DNA of 63,997 bases, counting the filler, from Octopus bimaculoides (Eukaryota), in NCBI RefSeq assembly GCF_001194135.2. It is 8 parts of 7 records of this genome, joined end to end, with 100 filler letters (N's around TTAATTAATTAA, not from the genome) between each part and the next. Parts side by side here need not be neighbours in the genome. Positions count along the whole stretch, not along the records: positions 23,069 to 34,000 come from NC_068994.1; positions 34,101 to 51,995 come from NC_068983.1; 6 more parts are not named here. One strand, 5' to 3'. Positions 27,906-40,830 of the stretch are shown here, piece by piece. The notes under the pieces are model-generated. The model saw only the letters and a program-made list of their open reading frames with translations, searched no databases and was not told the origin of the DNA. Position numbers and translations under genes: made by a program. Numbering within the stretch: the first letter of the stretch is position 1; every line of letters begins with the position of its first letter.

Positions 27906-28844
27906 GCTCATTTATGGTATCCACTCTTAAGATCGCCATATTGGTCAGAAAAAAGGCAAAAATACAAGAGGTAACCTACCTTAAAGGTTTTCTGGTAGGC
28001 AGAAAATTTGTTTGTTAAATTTCGTTTCCTATATAGGGTTTCTTTGGGGAAACGTTGCAAAAGCCCTTGTGAGGCCGTGAAGTTTGGATTCCTAGCGTCA
28101 TGTGAGAAGCTCTCATTTCCCTGTAACAACTAATTGGTGCTCATTTTCCCACTATACCTGTTGGACTTTGACTCGTAATCAATGTATTTTGCAACAACCT
28201 TTCCGGGGGTAAAATGCTGTTTTCACTAGCATTGCTGCTCTTTATGTTGTTTTTCTTAATGATGACGATGATATTGTTCTGCCTCTGCTCTCTAATGAAG
28301 CTGGTAGTGGAGTGAGGCCTTCATGCTACCTCCTCATTGAAGCAATTTGTGGGCGTTAACACAATCATAATTTCGAACGGAAAATAAAGAGACAAGAGCA
28401 AAATAAATATTAGCACAATTGTGATCGCTTCATCCAGTGATGCAGGAGTGCTTAATTAACTAATGTGCAAAATAATTTCCAACAATTTCGTGGGAGGGGC
28501 AAGCTGATTACATTGACTCCAGTCCTCAACTGGTAATTATTTTATCGACTCTGATAGGATGAAAGGCAAAGTTGACCTCGGCGGAAATTAATAATGGTAA
28601 TAAATGATAATAATAATCCTATCTACTATAGGCACAAAACCTAAAATTCTGAGGAAGAATGTTGTTGATCACATCTACCCCAGTAAACAATTGGTACTTA
28701 TTTTATCGACCCCCAAGGGATGAAAGGCGAAGTCGACCGCGGCGGAATTTGAACTCGGAATGTACAGTTTGACAAAATGCTGCTAGTCGTTTTGTCTGGC
28801 GTGCCAACGATTCTGCCAGCTCGGGAGAAACGATATCGAAGACT

Positions 28845-29170
28845 TAACTGGCACTCTGTCGTTTACAACAAAGGTTCCAGTTGATTCGATCAACAGAACC
28901 ACCTCCTGGTGAAATTAACATGCAAGTCACTGAGTACTCTACAGACGTGTGTACCCTTAACGTAGTTCTCAAGGAGAGTCAGTGCGACCCAGAATGTGAC
29001 AGGGCTGACTCTTTGAATTACATGTACAACTCATTTTTTCCTGCTGAGTGAACCAGAGCAACTTGAAATAAAGTACCTTGCTCAAGGACAAAGCACACCG
29101 CCAGGAATCGAACTCACGACCTTACGATCTGGATCCGAACACCCTAACTACTAAGCCACATGCATTCACT
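28845..29170 (-). mobile_element. tRNA-derived SINE (GTGAA...TGGCTTAGT head, tail shared with 46235)
   Basis: B box GAGTTCGATTCC, TTGAGCAAG body, tail homologous to 46430-46617. Confidence 0.75.
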
Positions 29171-29224
29171 ATCAAAGATATCGTAAAGCTAAATAGCTTA
29201 TTTATATAATACTTCGATCTTTAA

Positions 29225-29790
29225 CCCTAGAAAACATTTTAAACAGTTATATAAACACATGAATGTGACCAAACTGGTCCAACTCAAATTTTCATTGAAA
29301 AATATACACAAAACATAAAAAAATTTATTTACATTGTTCAAACACAAAATTGTCTCATCTCTTTGGCTTTCATATGCAAACATGTTACTTTTGACCACTA
29401 ATTCAATTCGTTTTCTTTTTACCTGAAAGACAAACCCCGAAAAATCCTCGTGAGTAACCTGTTTTTGCCTTCTTTTGGATACTGAAATTATTTCTTCGGG
29501 TTCTTCGTCTTTAGGTTCTTCAAGTTTTTCAGCCAGCGTTTTAAGAAATTCGCGTCTAGATTGAAGTTTGTTCTGTTGTTTGAATTTTGGGTGCTTTCCA
29601 ATATATAGCAAAAAAAAAGAAGTTCTGTATGCTGCTGTATCAATGAGGTTGAAAAAACACTGCCATTGGCCATCTTCGTGTGGCTCGTTTCGCCGAATAG
29701 TATCTAATCAGCTTGTCAAGTATGTTAACTCCTCCTTTTCACTCAGGTGGAATGAATTATATTCAATGCTTCAAGAGAATTCATATTTTT
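29225..29790 (-). mobile_element. piggyBac transposase C-terminal remnant with 3' terminus
   Basis: KGGVNILDKLIRYYSAKRATRRWPMAVFF..AAY...QNKLQSRREFLKTLAEKL (frameshifted). Ends ...TTCTAGGG|TTAA at 29225/29224. Confidence 0.85.
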
Positions 29791-30763
29791 TCAATTCCAG
29801 AGTTACAAAAAATTCTAATTTTTTTCAAAAATATTTCGGTATATAAATAGGGTGGGGGGAGCATCTAGATTCTAGAAGTTCTCGAACTCTAAGGGAAACT
29901 CGAGAACATGCTTCTTGATACGAAATTATTCTTTTTATCTACAGATTAAAACACATTATTGACAGGACCAGAGCGATCCAGTCTGTTTCCATGAAACTTT
30001 AAAGCTCAAACACAAAACGAAAAATCAATGTACAATGATTTAAATTAAACAATTTTTTTATATTAGAAAAATATGGCTTCAACACAAAGGAGCGCTGTGG
30101 TCACTTCCGTGTTTCTGAGTTTTAAATACGCTCATTATAAAACTATTGAATGACGGGAGACAATACGGAATTAATGTGTCTCATAAATAAACTTTAGTTT
30201 TCGCCTGTCTTCGATTCCTTGTCAATATGCTACTTTTCTTTTTATTTCTAAGTAAATATGTACATCATGTTTCACGCTTGTATTTGTTCACAATTCAGGG
30301 AAATAAGATCACCGGAAGTTTCTGAGTTCAATCCTCACTAAATGTAGCATTTCAAAAACAGCGCAACATCAAGGAGGAATGACCTAGGCAGGATCGGCTT
30401 CCTTAGATTGTCAAAAACTTAAGGGCCAAAACGCCTTTTCCTCTGAATACACCTCGTGCTTTGCGCTCGCCCCGAAGCGAGTTTCTGCTTGCTCAGAAAG
30501 CGTAACAAAAGTAAATACTGTCATAAGAAACTCCAATTGAGACCGTTTTCTACATTTGGTCTTTCAAGCTGACAGTATTTGAATTGTTAGGTCATTTAAA
30601 CTCGGCTTTCATGCGTTCAGTTTTATGGTTCACACCCGTCTACAGATAGATCTTCATCTACATCTCCTGGTTGTAGACAAGTAACGCAAATATTAATGTC
30701 ATTTGTCGAACTGTCATTAATTAACCTAAGCTTCATTATCTTTTCATGCAGTTTACCTAAATT

Positions 30764-30809
<46 letters not shown>

Positions 30810-30936
30810 TCCTACACTTTACCTAAATTAGAAATAATTATATATATATATATACATTCCTACACCCACACACAATAAGTATACGTATATCAACAGACAT
30901 GTATCAACGGACATATATCTTTTTTTTATATCTTGA

Positions 30937-31138
30937 TGTTGGATATATAATTTACCGAAGCAGAGGGAAATAAAGTATTCAAACGCTGCAATACTATTAC
31001 TGCTACACGAGCTTAACCACTCTCTGCCAACAGCTCACAATAAACTGCTTACCCTCAGTTGCTGACTGTTCTTTATTTTATAGCAATATATCAGTCCACT
31101 TTTAGTCACTTCTGGGTGGTCGGAATCCTTCCACAACA
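30937..31138 (-). repeat. 3' LTR of the Gypsy element (202 bp)
   Basis: Starts TGTTG directly after the PPT CTAAAAAGGGA (31149-31139), ends CAACA, contains AATAAA. Confidence 0.75.
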
Positions 31139-32515
31139 TCCCTTTTTAGAATTAGTCTCCCCTAACTTCTCCCCTTATGCGAATTAAACTCCACTCAGAG
31201 TTTTAATATCTGTTCATTTCCAGTATCTCCGCTCTTTTCCGATTTCTGTTGCTTGAACGTATAGTTTCAAATTGTTTGGGTGTTGATACCACAAGCGTGT
31301 CGTACAAAACTTCCATGGGAATTTCATTTCTCGTGACTGTTTTTCCCATGAATCTTTTTTTAAGTTGGTTAATATGTTTTTTATGTCGACATTTTTCCTT
31401 TTACCAGGAATAGCATTCTTCCAATTTGTTTAATAATTACACCGTCCTCCCAGCTTTCTTTACCATATCTATAAGTTTTTAAAAATACTTTGTCACCTAA
31501 CTTGAAAAATTTTGAAGTAGTTTTGTTCAACTTTTTCTGTTTTCATTCGTTATCACTTTACCAAAAAACGGATCTGATCTTCCTAGAAAACATCAATTCG
31601 GATTAAGTGTTACTCGCTTACTCTTAGAAATTGTTGAAATGCAAGGTCGTTCATTACTTCATTGTTCGCCTTTTTAATGCCCTTTTGAAAGTGTCCACAA
31701 AACGCTCCGCTTGTCCGTTTAACCTAGGATAATACGGTTGAGTGGTGATATGTTCGATAACAAATATTTTACAAAATTTTATGAACTCGTCTGACGGAAA
31801 TTGAGTTCCATTATCAAGCACAATGATATCAGGAATACTATGTCTGGCGAACAATTCGTGTAAAAAAAGTTTCTGTAACTACAGATGTCGGCTTTTTACA
31901 TTTATGCACTCCAGACCACGTTAAAAAACTGTCCACCACAAGGTAATATGAACCCTTAAGTGGACCTGCGTAAGTAACATGCATCTGGTTCACGGAACAT
32001 GTTTTGGCCACAGTTGCTATTTAGTGGTAGGTGCTTTTGCAGCCAGGGCACACCCTCTGTATGCTATGCTTTCACTAGCTCTTCAGTGTCACAGCCAATT
32101 GTTGGCCAATATACATAACTTCTCATTAACGATTTCATTCTCGAAATCCTTGGGTGACCAATGTGAAATTCCATTAGTAATCGCTTCTGTAGTGTGGCTG
32201 ACACTACGACTCTCTGTGCGTACATCAACATAATGTCACACATTGAGAATGGGTTCACATTTGTGTTGCGCATATTTTATCAATTTTAGCCTACAACAAT
32301 TCTTTCATCTTTTAATGAACTTATCGTTTACCGATTTTAATTTTATGTCTTGTAATGTGACTGGCAGTTCACGTATAATGTTACACAAAACATTTTTTAC
32401 TTCATTTTCCGCTCGAACGCAGCAATCACGGTATCTTCAAATGGTTCAGCATTTTTTGAAAGCAGTCTTGATAAACAATCAGCGTGTTGATTTTTAAAAT
32501 GAGAATATCTGAAAT

Positions 32516-33037
32516 AAACTCGACTGTTCTCACAAACGAGAATACTAAAAATAAATCCGACCGCTCTCGAAAATTAAGCAAAAANNNNNNNNNNNNNNNN
32601 NNNNNNNNNNNNNNNNNNNNNNNNNNNNNNNNNNNNNNNNNNNNNNNNNNNNNNNNNNNNNNNNNNNNNNNNNNNNNNNNNNNNNNNNNNNNNNNNNNNN
32701 NNNNNNNNNNNNNNNNNNNNNNNNNNNNNNNNNNNNNNNNNNNNNNNNNNNNNNNNNNNNNNNNNNNNNNNNNNNNNNNNNNNNNNNNNNNNNNNNNNNN
32801 NNNNNNNNNNNNNNNNNNNNNNAAAAAAAAAAAAAAAAAACGGAAAAATAATCTAGAATCCTTGTCCAGTACCGGATCAATCCCAAAATGTAATCAGTTC
32901 CTGCCAGTCACGAGGCCAAACATCTCTGAAAGTTTCATCCGAATCCATCCAGCGGTTCTTGAGATGTCTTGTCCAGGGACAAACAAGCAAACAAACACGG
33001 CTGAAAACAATACTTCGCCTTCGCTAAGGTAGAGGTA
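32516..33037 (+). mobile_element. Non-autonomous Helentron/DINE-like insertion within the Gypsy pol
   Basis: Interrupts Gypsy between ...RWGTVLL and ...HADCLSRL. Has a short (AAAC)n tract and a 3' hairpin CCTT-CGCT-AAGG followed by AGAGGTAAT. Partly gapped; boundaries approximate. Confidence 0.5.
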
Positions 33038-33547
33038 ATAATACAGTACCCCAGCGCGGCAGCGTATTAGCAGTATGGGTATGGATTCCTTTGTTCGACC
33101 CATATATAGATAATATCAGTATGTAGTCGAAAACTACCATGTAAAAATTTATGAAATATTTTACGGTCAAAATAATTGCTAGAGCCATTTTTTTTTTCTT
33201 TTTTCGATTTGGCTGTAATTTTTTTCACCTGATGTCAGAGAACGTGAAGCACGAACCACCACCTCCATGTTGCGAACTTCTTATTTAAGTAGCATTCCCG
33301 CTCCTATACCGTACTCAGAGGCATCTGAAGCTACAACAATCTCCACTGCAGAATCTAAGTGTGCTAACGACCAATCAGATGTTAATATTTTTTAAAATTT
33401 CGTCAAACAACTTTTGACAATGTTCACAACACTTCCATTATACATATTTTTTTTCTTCGAAGATTATTCAATGGAACTTGTACCTTGTGCAATAGTTTTC
33501 CAGTTCCCAAAAAGCTTGTAACGGCGCTGTATGTATATGTATATATA

Positions 33548-33596
<49 letters not shown>

Positions 33597-34258
33597 GTAT
33601 GTCAGGTCGCTCTTATAAGTATTCCTGAGCGCTACTGGTAACATATAATCCAGTACAACCTGTCTCATGGTCGGGTCGTCGGCGACTAAACTGGCAACCC
33701 CACCAAGCTCGCTTGGTGAGGAGAGTGATTGTTGGCATTCTGCGGGATGAAAGATAAGACTCGTCGAAAGGACGTAAGAACTACTGTGTAGTAACGTCCA
33801 CCCAACATTGTTTGTTTCTGTGTGTGTGTTTAAATTCTGTGCGCGCGTGTTGTTGTGCTGTGCTGTGTGTGTGTATATTTTTATATGCATTTCTTTTTAT
33901 ATATATATACTTTAAAAAAAAAATTTTTTTATTATATTTACTACTTTTTTTTTAATATTTACTTTTTATATATTTTTATATTTACTTTTTATGTATCTTT
34001 NNNNNNNNNNNNNNNNNNNNNNNNNNNNNNNNNNNNNNNNNNNNTTAATTAATTAANNNNNNNNNNNNNNNNNNNNNNNNNNNNNNNNNNNNNNNNNNNN
34101 TGGTAAGTAGCTTGCTTACCAGTCACATGGTTCCGGGTTCAGTCCCATTGCGTGGCACCTTGGGCAAGTGTCTTCTATTATAGCCTCGGGCCGACCAAAG
34201 CCATGTGAGTGGATTTGGTAGACGGAAACTGAAAGAAGCCCATCGTATATATGTATAT

Positions 34259-34294
<36 letters not shown>

Positions 34295-35490
34295 ATTTGT
34301 CCGCCCAACATCGCTTGACAGCCGATGCTGGTGTGTTTACGTCCCCGTAACTTAGCGTTTCGGCAAAAGAGACCGATAGAATAAGTACTAGGCTTCCAAA
34401 GAATAAGTCCTGGGGTCGATTTGCTCGACTAAAGGCTGTGCTCCAGCATGACCACAGTCAAATGACTGAAACAAGTAAAAGGGTAAAAGAGTATATATAT
34501 AGAATTGCATAGCACACACACATACACACAAATACATATGTGTGTATGTATTCATGTATGGTTGTATGTTTGCATGTATGTACATAAATATATATAAACG
34601 TATGTGTGCACATGCGCACATAAACATACGCCTGCAAACGTTGGCGTACACACGTATACGCACATTCTTAACAGATTTCCTTGTTTTGCACAAGGTTTTG
34701 AATTAATAGGCGTCTCAGGCTTATTTGTTTGTCCCCTACATACAGAAAATTAAAACTGGTTAACTCGCATGCAACTGACGCATGCGCATACATAAAACAT
34801 CTTTGTCAAAATACACAGTTCCCTAATAAAAAAAAAAAACAGAAAAAACTCCAGAAAATTATATTAAATCCTTTATTTTCATATGTATTTCTTTCGGTTT
34901 TGGTTCCTGTAAATTACAATCTAAACTTCTAACTGCAAGAAATGCCACGGCAGTCATTTAACAATGGCATCGTTGTGTAAACCGACCTTCGACATTTTAA
35001 ACGCAATGTTACTAAATTGAAAGCATTTTGTGGTCTATAGCATACAATTCATTCATTTTCTTTGTCACTAGAAAATAAATTAAAATAAGTCCTGTGTTTT
35101 TATTTATTGTTTTTGTTAGATATTCGCGGCAAATGTGTGACATTTCTCATAATAGGAAACCAACCGGCCATATTAGATTAATAAAATTAGGAGCTTTAGA
35201 TATCGTTACTAATTATTTGCTGACAATAAATAAATAAAAACTTGTTTAGATGAATTGGCCAACTATAGAAATCTCTTTTAAAATAGTTTAATATGATGAC
35301 ATCGGTTGGATCCTTCAGCAGTGTCGACGATGATTATTGAGTTCTTTGGCTAATTGAATAGCAACTTGTGAAATTAACGTGTGACTCGGATATTTTAGTG
35401 ACACGTGTGCCCTTAACGCAATCCTTAGGGAAAATTGATGTGAAACAATGTGATAAGGCTTGATCATTGAATTGCAGGTACAATGTAGAG

Positions 35491-35545
<55 letters not shown>

Positions 35546-36557
35546 CAGGGAAATGATGAAAATGAATTGACTTCAATAACTATGGTTATGGTTGGTTAGT
35601 CCACATTATTCCGTAAGGGGCATAGAGCAGGACTCCTGGTTTCTCTTGTGTATATATTCCGCCCTGGAATGGACGCTAGTCCATCACAGGATTACTCGTT
35701 TTACCAGCTGAGTGGTGGTAATTTTAGAGAGTCTTGTAGTATACAAGTATTACTATAGAAATATTCTATTTAACAATTCCGAAACAATAAAGAATAAAGT
35801 TGACCTCAACAGGATTTGGACTTCGTGTGCAGTAATCAAGTACATATACTACAAGACTCGCTAACAAGTTCAATAGTTAATTTCTTTTTCTTTCTTTCCT
35901 TTTTTTTTGAGATTCTTTATATTTTCTTTTCATTTTATGTTTTAGATAAAAAATAAATAGAATTTCCTATATCGATCAAAGTTTCAGGAAATTTCCAGAC
36001 ACTTTCTTTTAAAGTGCTGGAATGAGGTGTTTGGCGTTTTAAAATTCTTCCCAAGCTTCAAAAATGGATTTTCTATGTGCGAGAGTGTTTGTGAGTGTGT
36101 CACTACGATTTTGATTCTCTAAAGCCCATACGAAAACTTCTGTGGTGCTTAAGTAGGGTTTGTTTACTAATTTATCACTGTTAAGCTCAGATTATGTCTT
36201 ATAAAAACCGGTCAAGATATACACAATCACACTGTTACATGCTTTTTCATCTGGGACAAAAGTAAGTCTACCGCAGTTTAGCATCACAAAACCTTCATCT
36301 GCATAAGTTCATGCTTGTTCCTGGGAAATGTCAATGTGTCTGCAAACGTGATTATCTTGTTGAAGTGGTCAAAACATAACTCTCCCAAACTGAATGCTAT
36401 ATTCCAGTTATATTATCGGCCCAACCCCTTGCTACTTCTCACCATTAAGTATGCTCATTGTACATATATACATACATAAACTAAGAGTTATACATACACA
36501 TGCAGGTGATATATATACATCTGTGTGTGTGTGAGTGTGTATGCGTATACAAGTATT

Positions 36558-37143
36558 GGATCTTTTTTAAAACGGGGGGCCACATTTTTCATTAACGAAA
36601 CACTTTGAAACTTGGAACACTGGTAGAATGTGTCATATAAAACATCTTTTTCTCTTAGTCTTCTTAAAAAAAAAAAGAAATCCATAAATTATTCCATGTT
36701 AAAGTTGTCGTATTTCTGTAATTTCAACCAATCACTGACGTCCATTCAGCCGATATACATTAAGTGCCGACTACATAAACAAACGATTCTGAAACAATTA
36801 ACCCTAACCCTAACTCTAACTCTAACCCTAAACCTAACTCTAGGATTAGGGTTAGGGTTAGGGTTAGGGTTAAAGCAAATTTAAAATGAAAAAAGCAAAT
36901 AAAACGAAGAATCGTTTGTTTATGTAGTCGGCACTTAATGTATATCGGCTGAATGGACGTCAGTGATTGGTTGAAATTATCGAAATAAGACAATTTTTTA
37001 CATGAAATAAATTCGAATACAAAAATATTTTTCTGTTCTATAACACAAAATAGATAAGTATACGAAGTTTGAAAGTCTTTCGGTACCAAAAACACTACGT
37101 AAAACATTAATGAAAAATGTGGCCCCCGTTTTAAAAAAGATCC
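36558..37143. mobile_element. 586-bp MITE with GG-starting TIRs, 8-bp TSD and central inverted telomeric repeats (Merlin-like by inference)
   Basis: TSD CAAGTATT at 36550-36557 and 37144-37151; 37/38-bp TIRs GGATCTTTTTTAAAACGGGG(G)GCCACATTTTTCATTAA; perfect 72-bp inner inverted repeat 36719-36790 / 36908-36979. Confidence 0.9.
36798..36873. repeat. Head-to-head (TAACCC)7 / (TTAGGG)4 interstitial telomere-like array inside the MITE
   Basis: Seven partly degenerate TAACCC units 36799-36840, then TAGGA, then four TTAGGG 36846-36869. Confidence 0.9.
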
Positions 37144-37175
37144 CAAGTATTTACATAATAGAGTTATATCTTTAA

Positions 37176-37395
37176 CCCTCTAGCCTTCAGACTACTCTGC
37201 CAAATGCAGTGAATATGTATTCACATTGTTTTGAATTAGTTAATCATTATCTCATAGTTTTTGGATTCTGACAGTATGGTTGTATATTTTTAGAATGACA
37301 TTGTAGGGTAGGTGTGAGATGCCTGATCTGGGCAATTTGAACATAAATCTGGTAGAATATTTGGGTCGGATATGGCCAGTTTAAGTGCCAAAGGG
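37176..37395. mobile_element. piggyBac-type MITE
   Basis: TTAA TSD at 37172-37175 and 37396-37399; CCCT...AGGG termini. Confidence 0.8.
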
Positions 37396-37419
37396 TTAAT
37401 ATCTATAAAAAGAACATAC

Positions 37420-37462
37420 CCGTTCGTGACAAACTGTTCTTGATCTTCAGGAGAATCTGCAT
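37420..37462 (-). CDS. Internal coding exon B (43 nt, phase 1 to 2), (D)ADSPEDQEQFVTN(G)
   Basis: Acceptor TTTTCTCTTTTACAG| and donor CGG|GTATGT. Phase matches exon A (GAA G|AT), giving ...NVFEDADSPEDQEQFVTNG. Confidence 0.7.
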
Positions 37463-37548
37463 CTGTAAAAGAGAAAACGATATGTACGATGAAAAAGGAG
37501 CCAATCTACATATTTGGTAGGAGTACATATATTGGTAGTTAATAACAC

Positions 37549-37666
37549 TTTGATTCGGTTCTATGCAACTTAAAGTTTCGTAAGCTCGTCACGCGAACCT
37601 AGCTCTTCAGGTTTAGGTTTGTGTGATGAGCCAGCGAAAGTTTAAGGTGCATATAACCGAATCAAA
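37549..37666. repeat. Short palindromic (fold-back) element
   Basis: TTTGATTCGGTT(C/A)TATGCA(A/C)CTTAAA(G/C)TTTCG...GCTC(G/A)TCAC arms of about 43 bp in inverted orientation. Confidence 0.75.
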
Positions 37667-39013
37667 CCATTATTAGATAATATATATATATATGTATATA
37701 TATATGTTTGTATATATATANNNNNNNNNNNNNNNNNNNNNNNNNNNNNNNNNNNNNNNNNNNNNNNNNNNNNNNNNNNNNNNNNNNNNNNNNNNNNNNN
37801 NNNNNNNNNNNNNNNNNNNNNNNNNNNNNNNNNNNNNNNNNNNNNNNNNNNNNNNNNNNNNNNNNNNNNNNNNNNNNNNNNNNNNNNNNNNNNNNNNNNN
37901 NNNNNNNNNNNNNNNNNNNNNNNNNNNNNNNNNNNNNNNNNNNNNNNNNNNNNNNNNNNNNNNNNNNNNNNNNNNNNNNNNNTATATATCCGTACAAAAT
38001 TTACATACTCTTGAAAATATATATATGAATACATAAACACTCTCACACACATATACTCACATAAAACACGTTCATTCATGTGGTGTGTAGTATCACGTAA
38101 GGCAATATGACACTCTTTAAATAAATCAAGTATCTGACTAGTAAGGATATTTTCGTAAGGAAATAGAAAATACTTTTAATAGCTTGTATCTAAAGCAATA
38201 TCAAGTACCCTCAGGTACCTCTAAATCATATATAGAAGATAAGGGGTTTCTAAAATGGTATTTGAAATGTATTGTAAAAGTACTTGGAAGGCAAACTGAC
38301 TGTTGACAAATTTAATCTGTATTATATAAACTGTATTATAGTTCGGTGAAGGCGTGTGGCCTAGTGGTTAGGGTGTTGCAATCACAATCTCTAGATCGTG
38401 GGTTCGATTGCCGGACTGGAAGACACATTGTGTTCTTGAGCAAAACACTTCATTTTACGTTACTCCAGTCCACTCAGCTGCACATGGGTAACACTGCGAT
38501 GAACTAGCCTTCCGATCAGCGGCGAATGTTGACCTGATTGCCTAGCCAGTGGGGTGACATCATTCGAAAGCTAAAACGGTGTAAAGTGTATTGTGACCAT
38601 CCGATTATTTGGTCGATCACGAGATCACGTGATTATATTTCAACCTCTGTATAGCCTCAATGTAGTGTGATAGCTATGACACTGTTATTGAATATGAATG
38701 GGCGGGTATAAGATTATTCTTTAATTCTATACACCTGTCTAAACAAGTTAAGCATGAAATCTAAGACACCACAAAAGGAGGTGAAAATGGAAGTTGTGGC
38801 ATTCATGGCATTTCCACAGAAAATGGTCTAAATGAAATCTATTATTGTCACTTGTGTGTAACTTTGCGTTAGCCGAGTTTTTTTGTTAAAGAAAATAGTT
38901 ACTGCTTTTGTGATTATAATCGTTCTTTCAGTTATTTGACTTGAAGGGTTTACTGGAACAAATCAACCCTAGTATTTATTTATTTCTTTTTAAAGTTTGG
39001 TACTTATTCTATT

Positions 39014-39325
39014 AGTGGAGGCGCAATGGCCCAGTGGTTAGGGCAGCGGACTCGCAGTCGGAGGATCGCGGTTTCGATTCCCAGACCGGGCGTTGTGTGT
39101 GTTTATTGAGCGAAAACACCCAAAGGCTCCACGAGGCTCTAGCAGGGGGTGGTGGCGACCCCTGTTGTACTCTTTCGCTCCAGCTTTCTCTCACTCTTTC
39201 ATCCTGTTTCTTGAGTAACGCTGCGATGGACTGGCGTCCTGTCCAGCTGAGGGAAACACATACGCCATAGAAACCGGGAAACCGGGCCCATGAGCCTGGC
39301 TAGGCTTTGAAAGGGCGAAAAAAAA
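39014..39325 (+). mobile_element. tRNA-derived SINE (head GTGGAGGCGCAATGGCCCAGTGG) with 12-bp TSD
   Basis: A and B boxes, A-rich end, TSD ACTTATTCTATT at 39002-39013 and 39332-39343; inserted in an older SINE. Confidence 0.85.
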
Positions 39326-40830
39326 CCCCCAACTTATTCTATTGATTTATTTTGCTGAACCGCTAAGATATGTATCGTAGACAAACAATCTGTTGTCATG
39401 CTGTAGGGGAAGATAGTCTATATCAGCAAGTGGAATACTATGCAATCCAGCCGTTCAGTCACGAGTTTCGTTAAATGGAATGTTGCGTATTTTCTAAAGT
39501 AATCAACCAATAATTCTGATCAGTACTGATTTGATAATATCACAGCTATTTCTGGTCTCAATGAATGAATAAGTGAATGAATGTGTTCGTAGTTCAATCC
39601 CACATAGATATATACATGAATGTAAATAAAACAAGGGCATGAAAAAAAATGACTTTTGCTGTAAGAAGAAAAAAAATGCAATAACGACAACAAACCTCAA
39701 CAACAATGACAATAATAAAAGCAACAACAACAAAAGCATCTATAAAAACATGTCATGTAACGTTCAAATCTATATTTCAGTTATTCAAGTACAAAACATT
39801 TGGTGAGTGTCAAAAAAAGAAAGAAAGAGAGAGGAGGGGGAGAAAAAGAGACATGGAAGGAGAAAAAGGGAAAAAAAAGAGATAAAGAAGAGATAGATAG
39901 AGAGATAGATAGAGAGATAGAGGGGAGAGAGAGGAGTTGCATTAAGTTGTTTGTTTAACAAGTATTAACAATTCAGGTTTGATTTTCCGATCGAACTCTC
40001 TCACCATCTACATAACTAAGTATTTCTAGATCATTTTGTAAAAGTATGAAGTCACAATTTCCCATTTTGTCTCCCCAATGAAATTCAGTTATGCTGCTAT
40101 AAGACTAAAGTTTTTTTTAAACAAAAGAAGAGAAAAAGTGATTTCATGGATTCTTACATCAACACAACGCTGTAAATTAGAATCGATTACTCGAAACTTG
40201 GCGTAGTACATGTGTGGTACGTGTGTGTTTTATCTACGACACAGGTATGAACTGAAGGGGGAAAGGGTGAGTCAAAACCAGAAATTAAGTATTTGTTTAG
40301 AATATTAGGGCTAATGATATCCACTTTAATTAATATAAAACAGAAAGTAATTGTAACGAAGTCATATACTCATTCAAACAAAATAAAATTTATGAACCGC
40401 AAAAGCAAATGGAATTTTGTTTCAAAAAATTTATCTTTTGAATAAACATTCAGAACTGACTTCCAGTTGTTTGTATAGTCGAAACAAAACGCTCAAAATT
40501 TTCTAATCTTTTGTGACATAATTTTATGCACTAAATATTGTTAGTGTTGATTCAACACGTTTCATAAGAAAGCACATATAGATTGCTCTAAGTTTTCAAA
40601 GTATTTTGTCTGATAATTTTCTACACCTGCTATGAGAAGAGAGCCCATCGTAGATTATAAGACTTTGGGATATTTTTCTTGCTAACATTATATTTTGGTA
40701 ACTTTATGCGTATTAGTCAACATTTAAAACCTCTTATAATTATTTTAGGACATTATTCTCATAATTATTTAAATAAGACGTTTAACTAATCTTTACACGA
40801 AAACAATTATAGTACATTACAGAGATGTAC

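Larger units (their letters stand above)
30937..33520 (-). mobile_element. Gypsy/Ty3 LTR retrotransposon, 5'-truncated and degenerate (RNase H, integrase, 3' LTR)
   Basis: VASDASEYGIGA..RASRSLTSGEKNYSQIEK (RNase H); EFHIGHPRISRMKSLMRSYVYWP (zinc finger); IVLDNGTQF...PYYPRLNGQAERFVDTFKRAL (integrase core). Confidence 0.92.

Noticed and set aside
33660-33780. Hairpin CACCAAG-CTCG-CTTGGTG region, possibly a LINE 5' UTR or ribozyme
   Set aside because: No ribozyme core and no adjoining ORF; the family cannot be supported from sequence alone.
36798-36873. Chromosome end-to-end fusion scar
   Set aside because: The array lies inside an element with TIRs and an 8-bp TSD, so it arrived by transposition.
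37560-37620. CTGAAGAG...GAAAC hammerhead-like motif on the minus strand
   Set aside because: Stem I is poor, and the motif is explained by the arm of the palindromic element 37549-37666.
40158-40169. 12-nt microexon candidate CGTTGTGTTGAT with good splice signals
   Set aside because: In the phase-1 frame required between exons A and B it reads a TGA stop; no other support.
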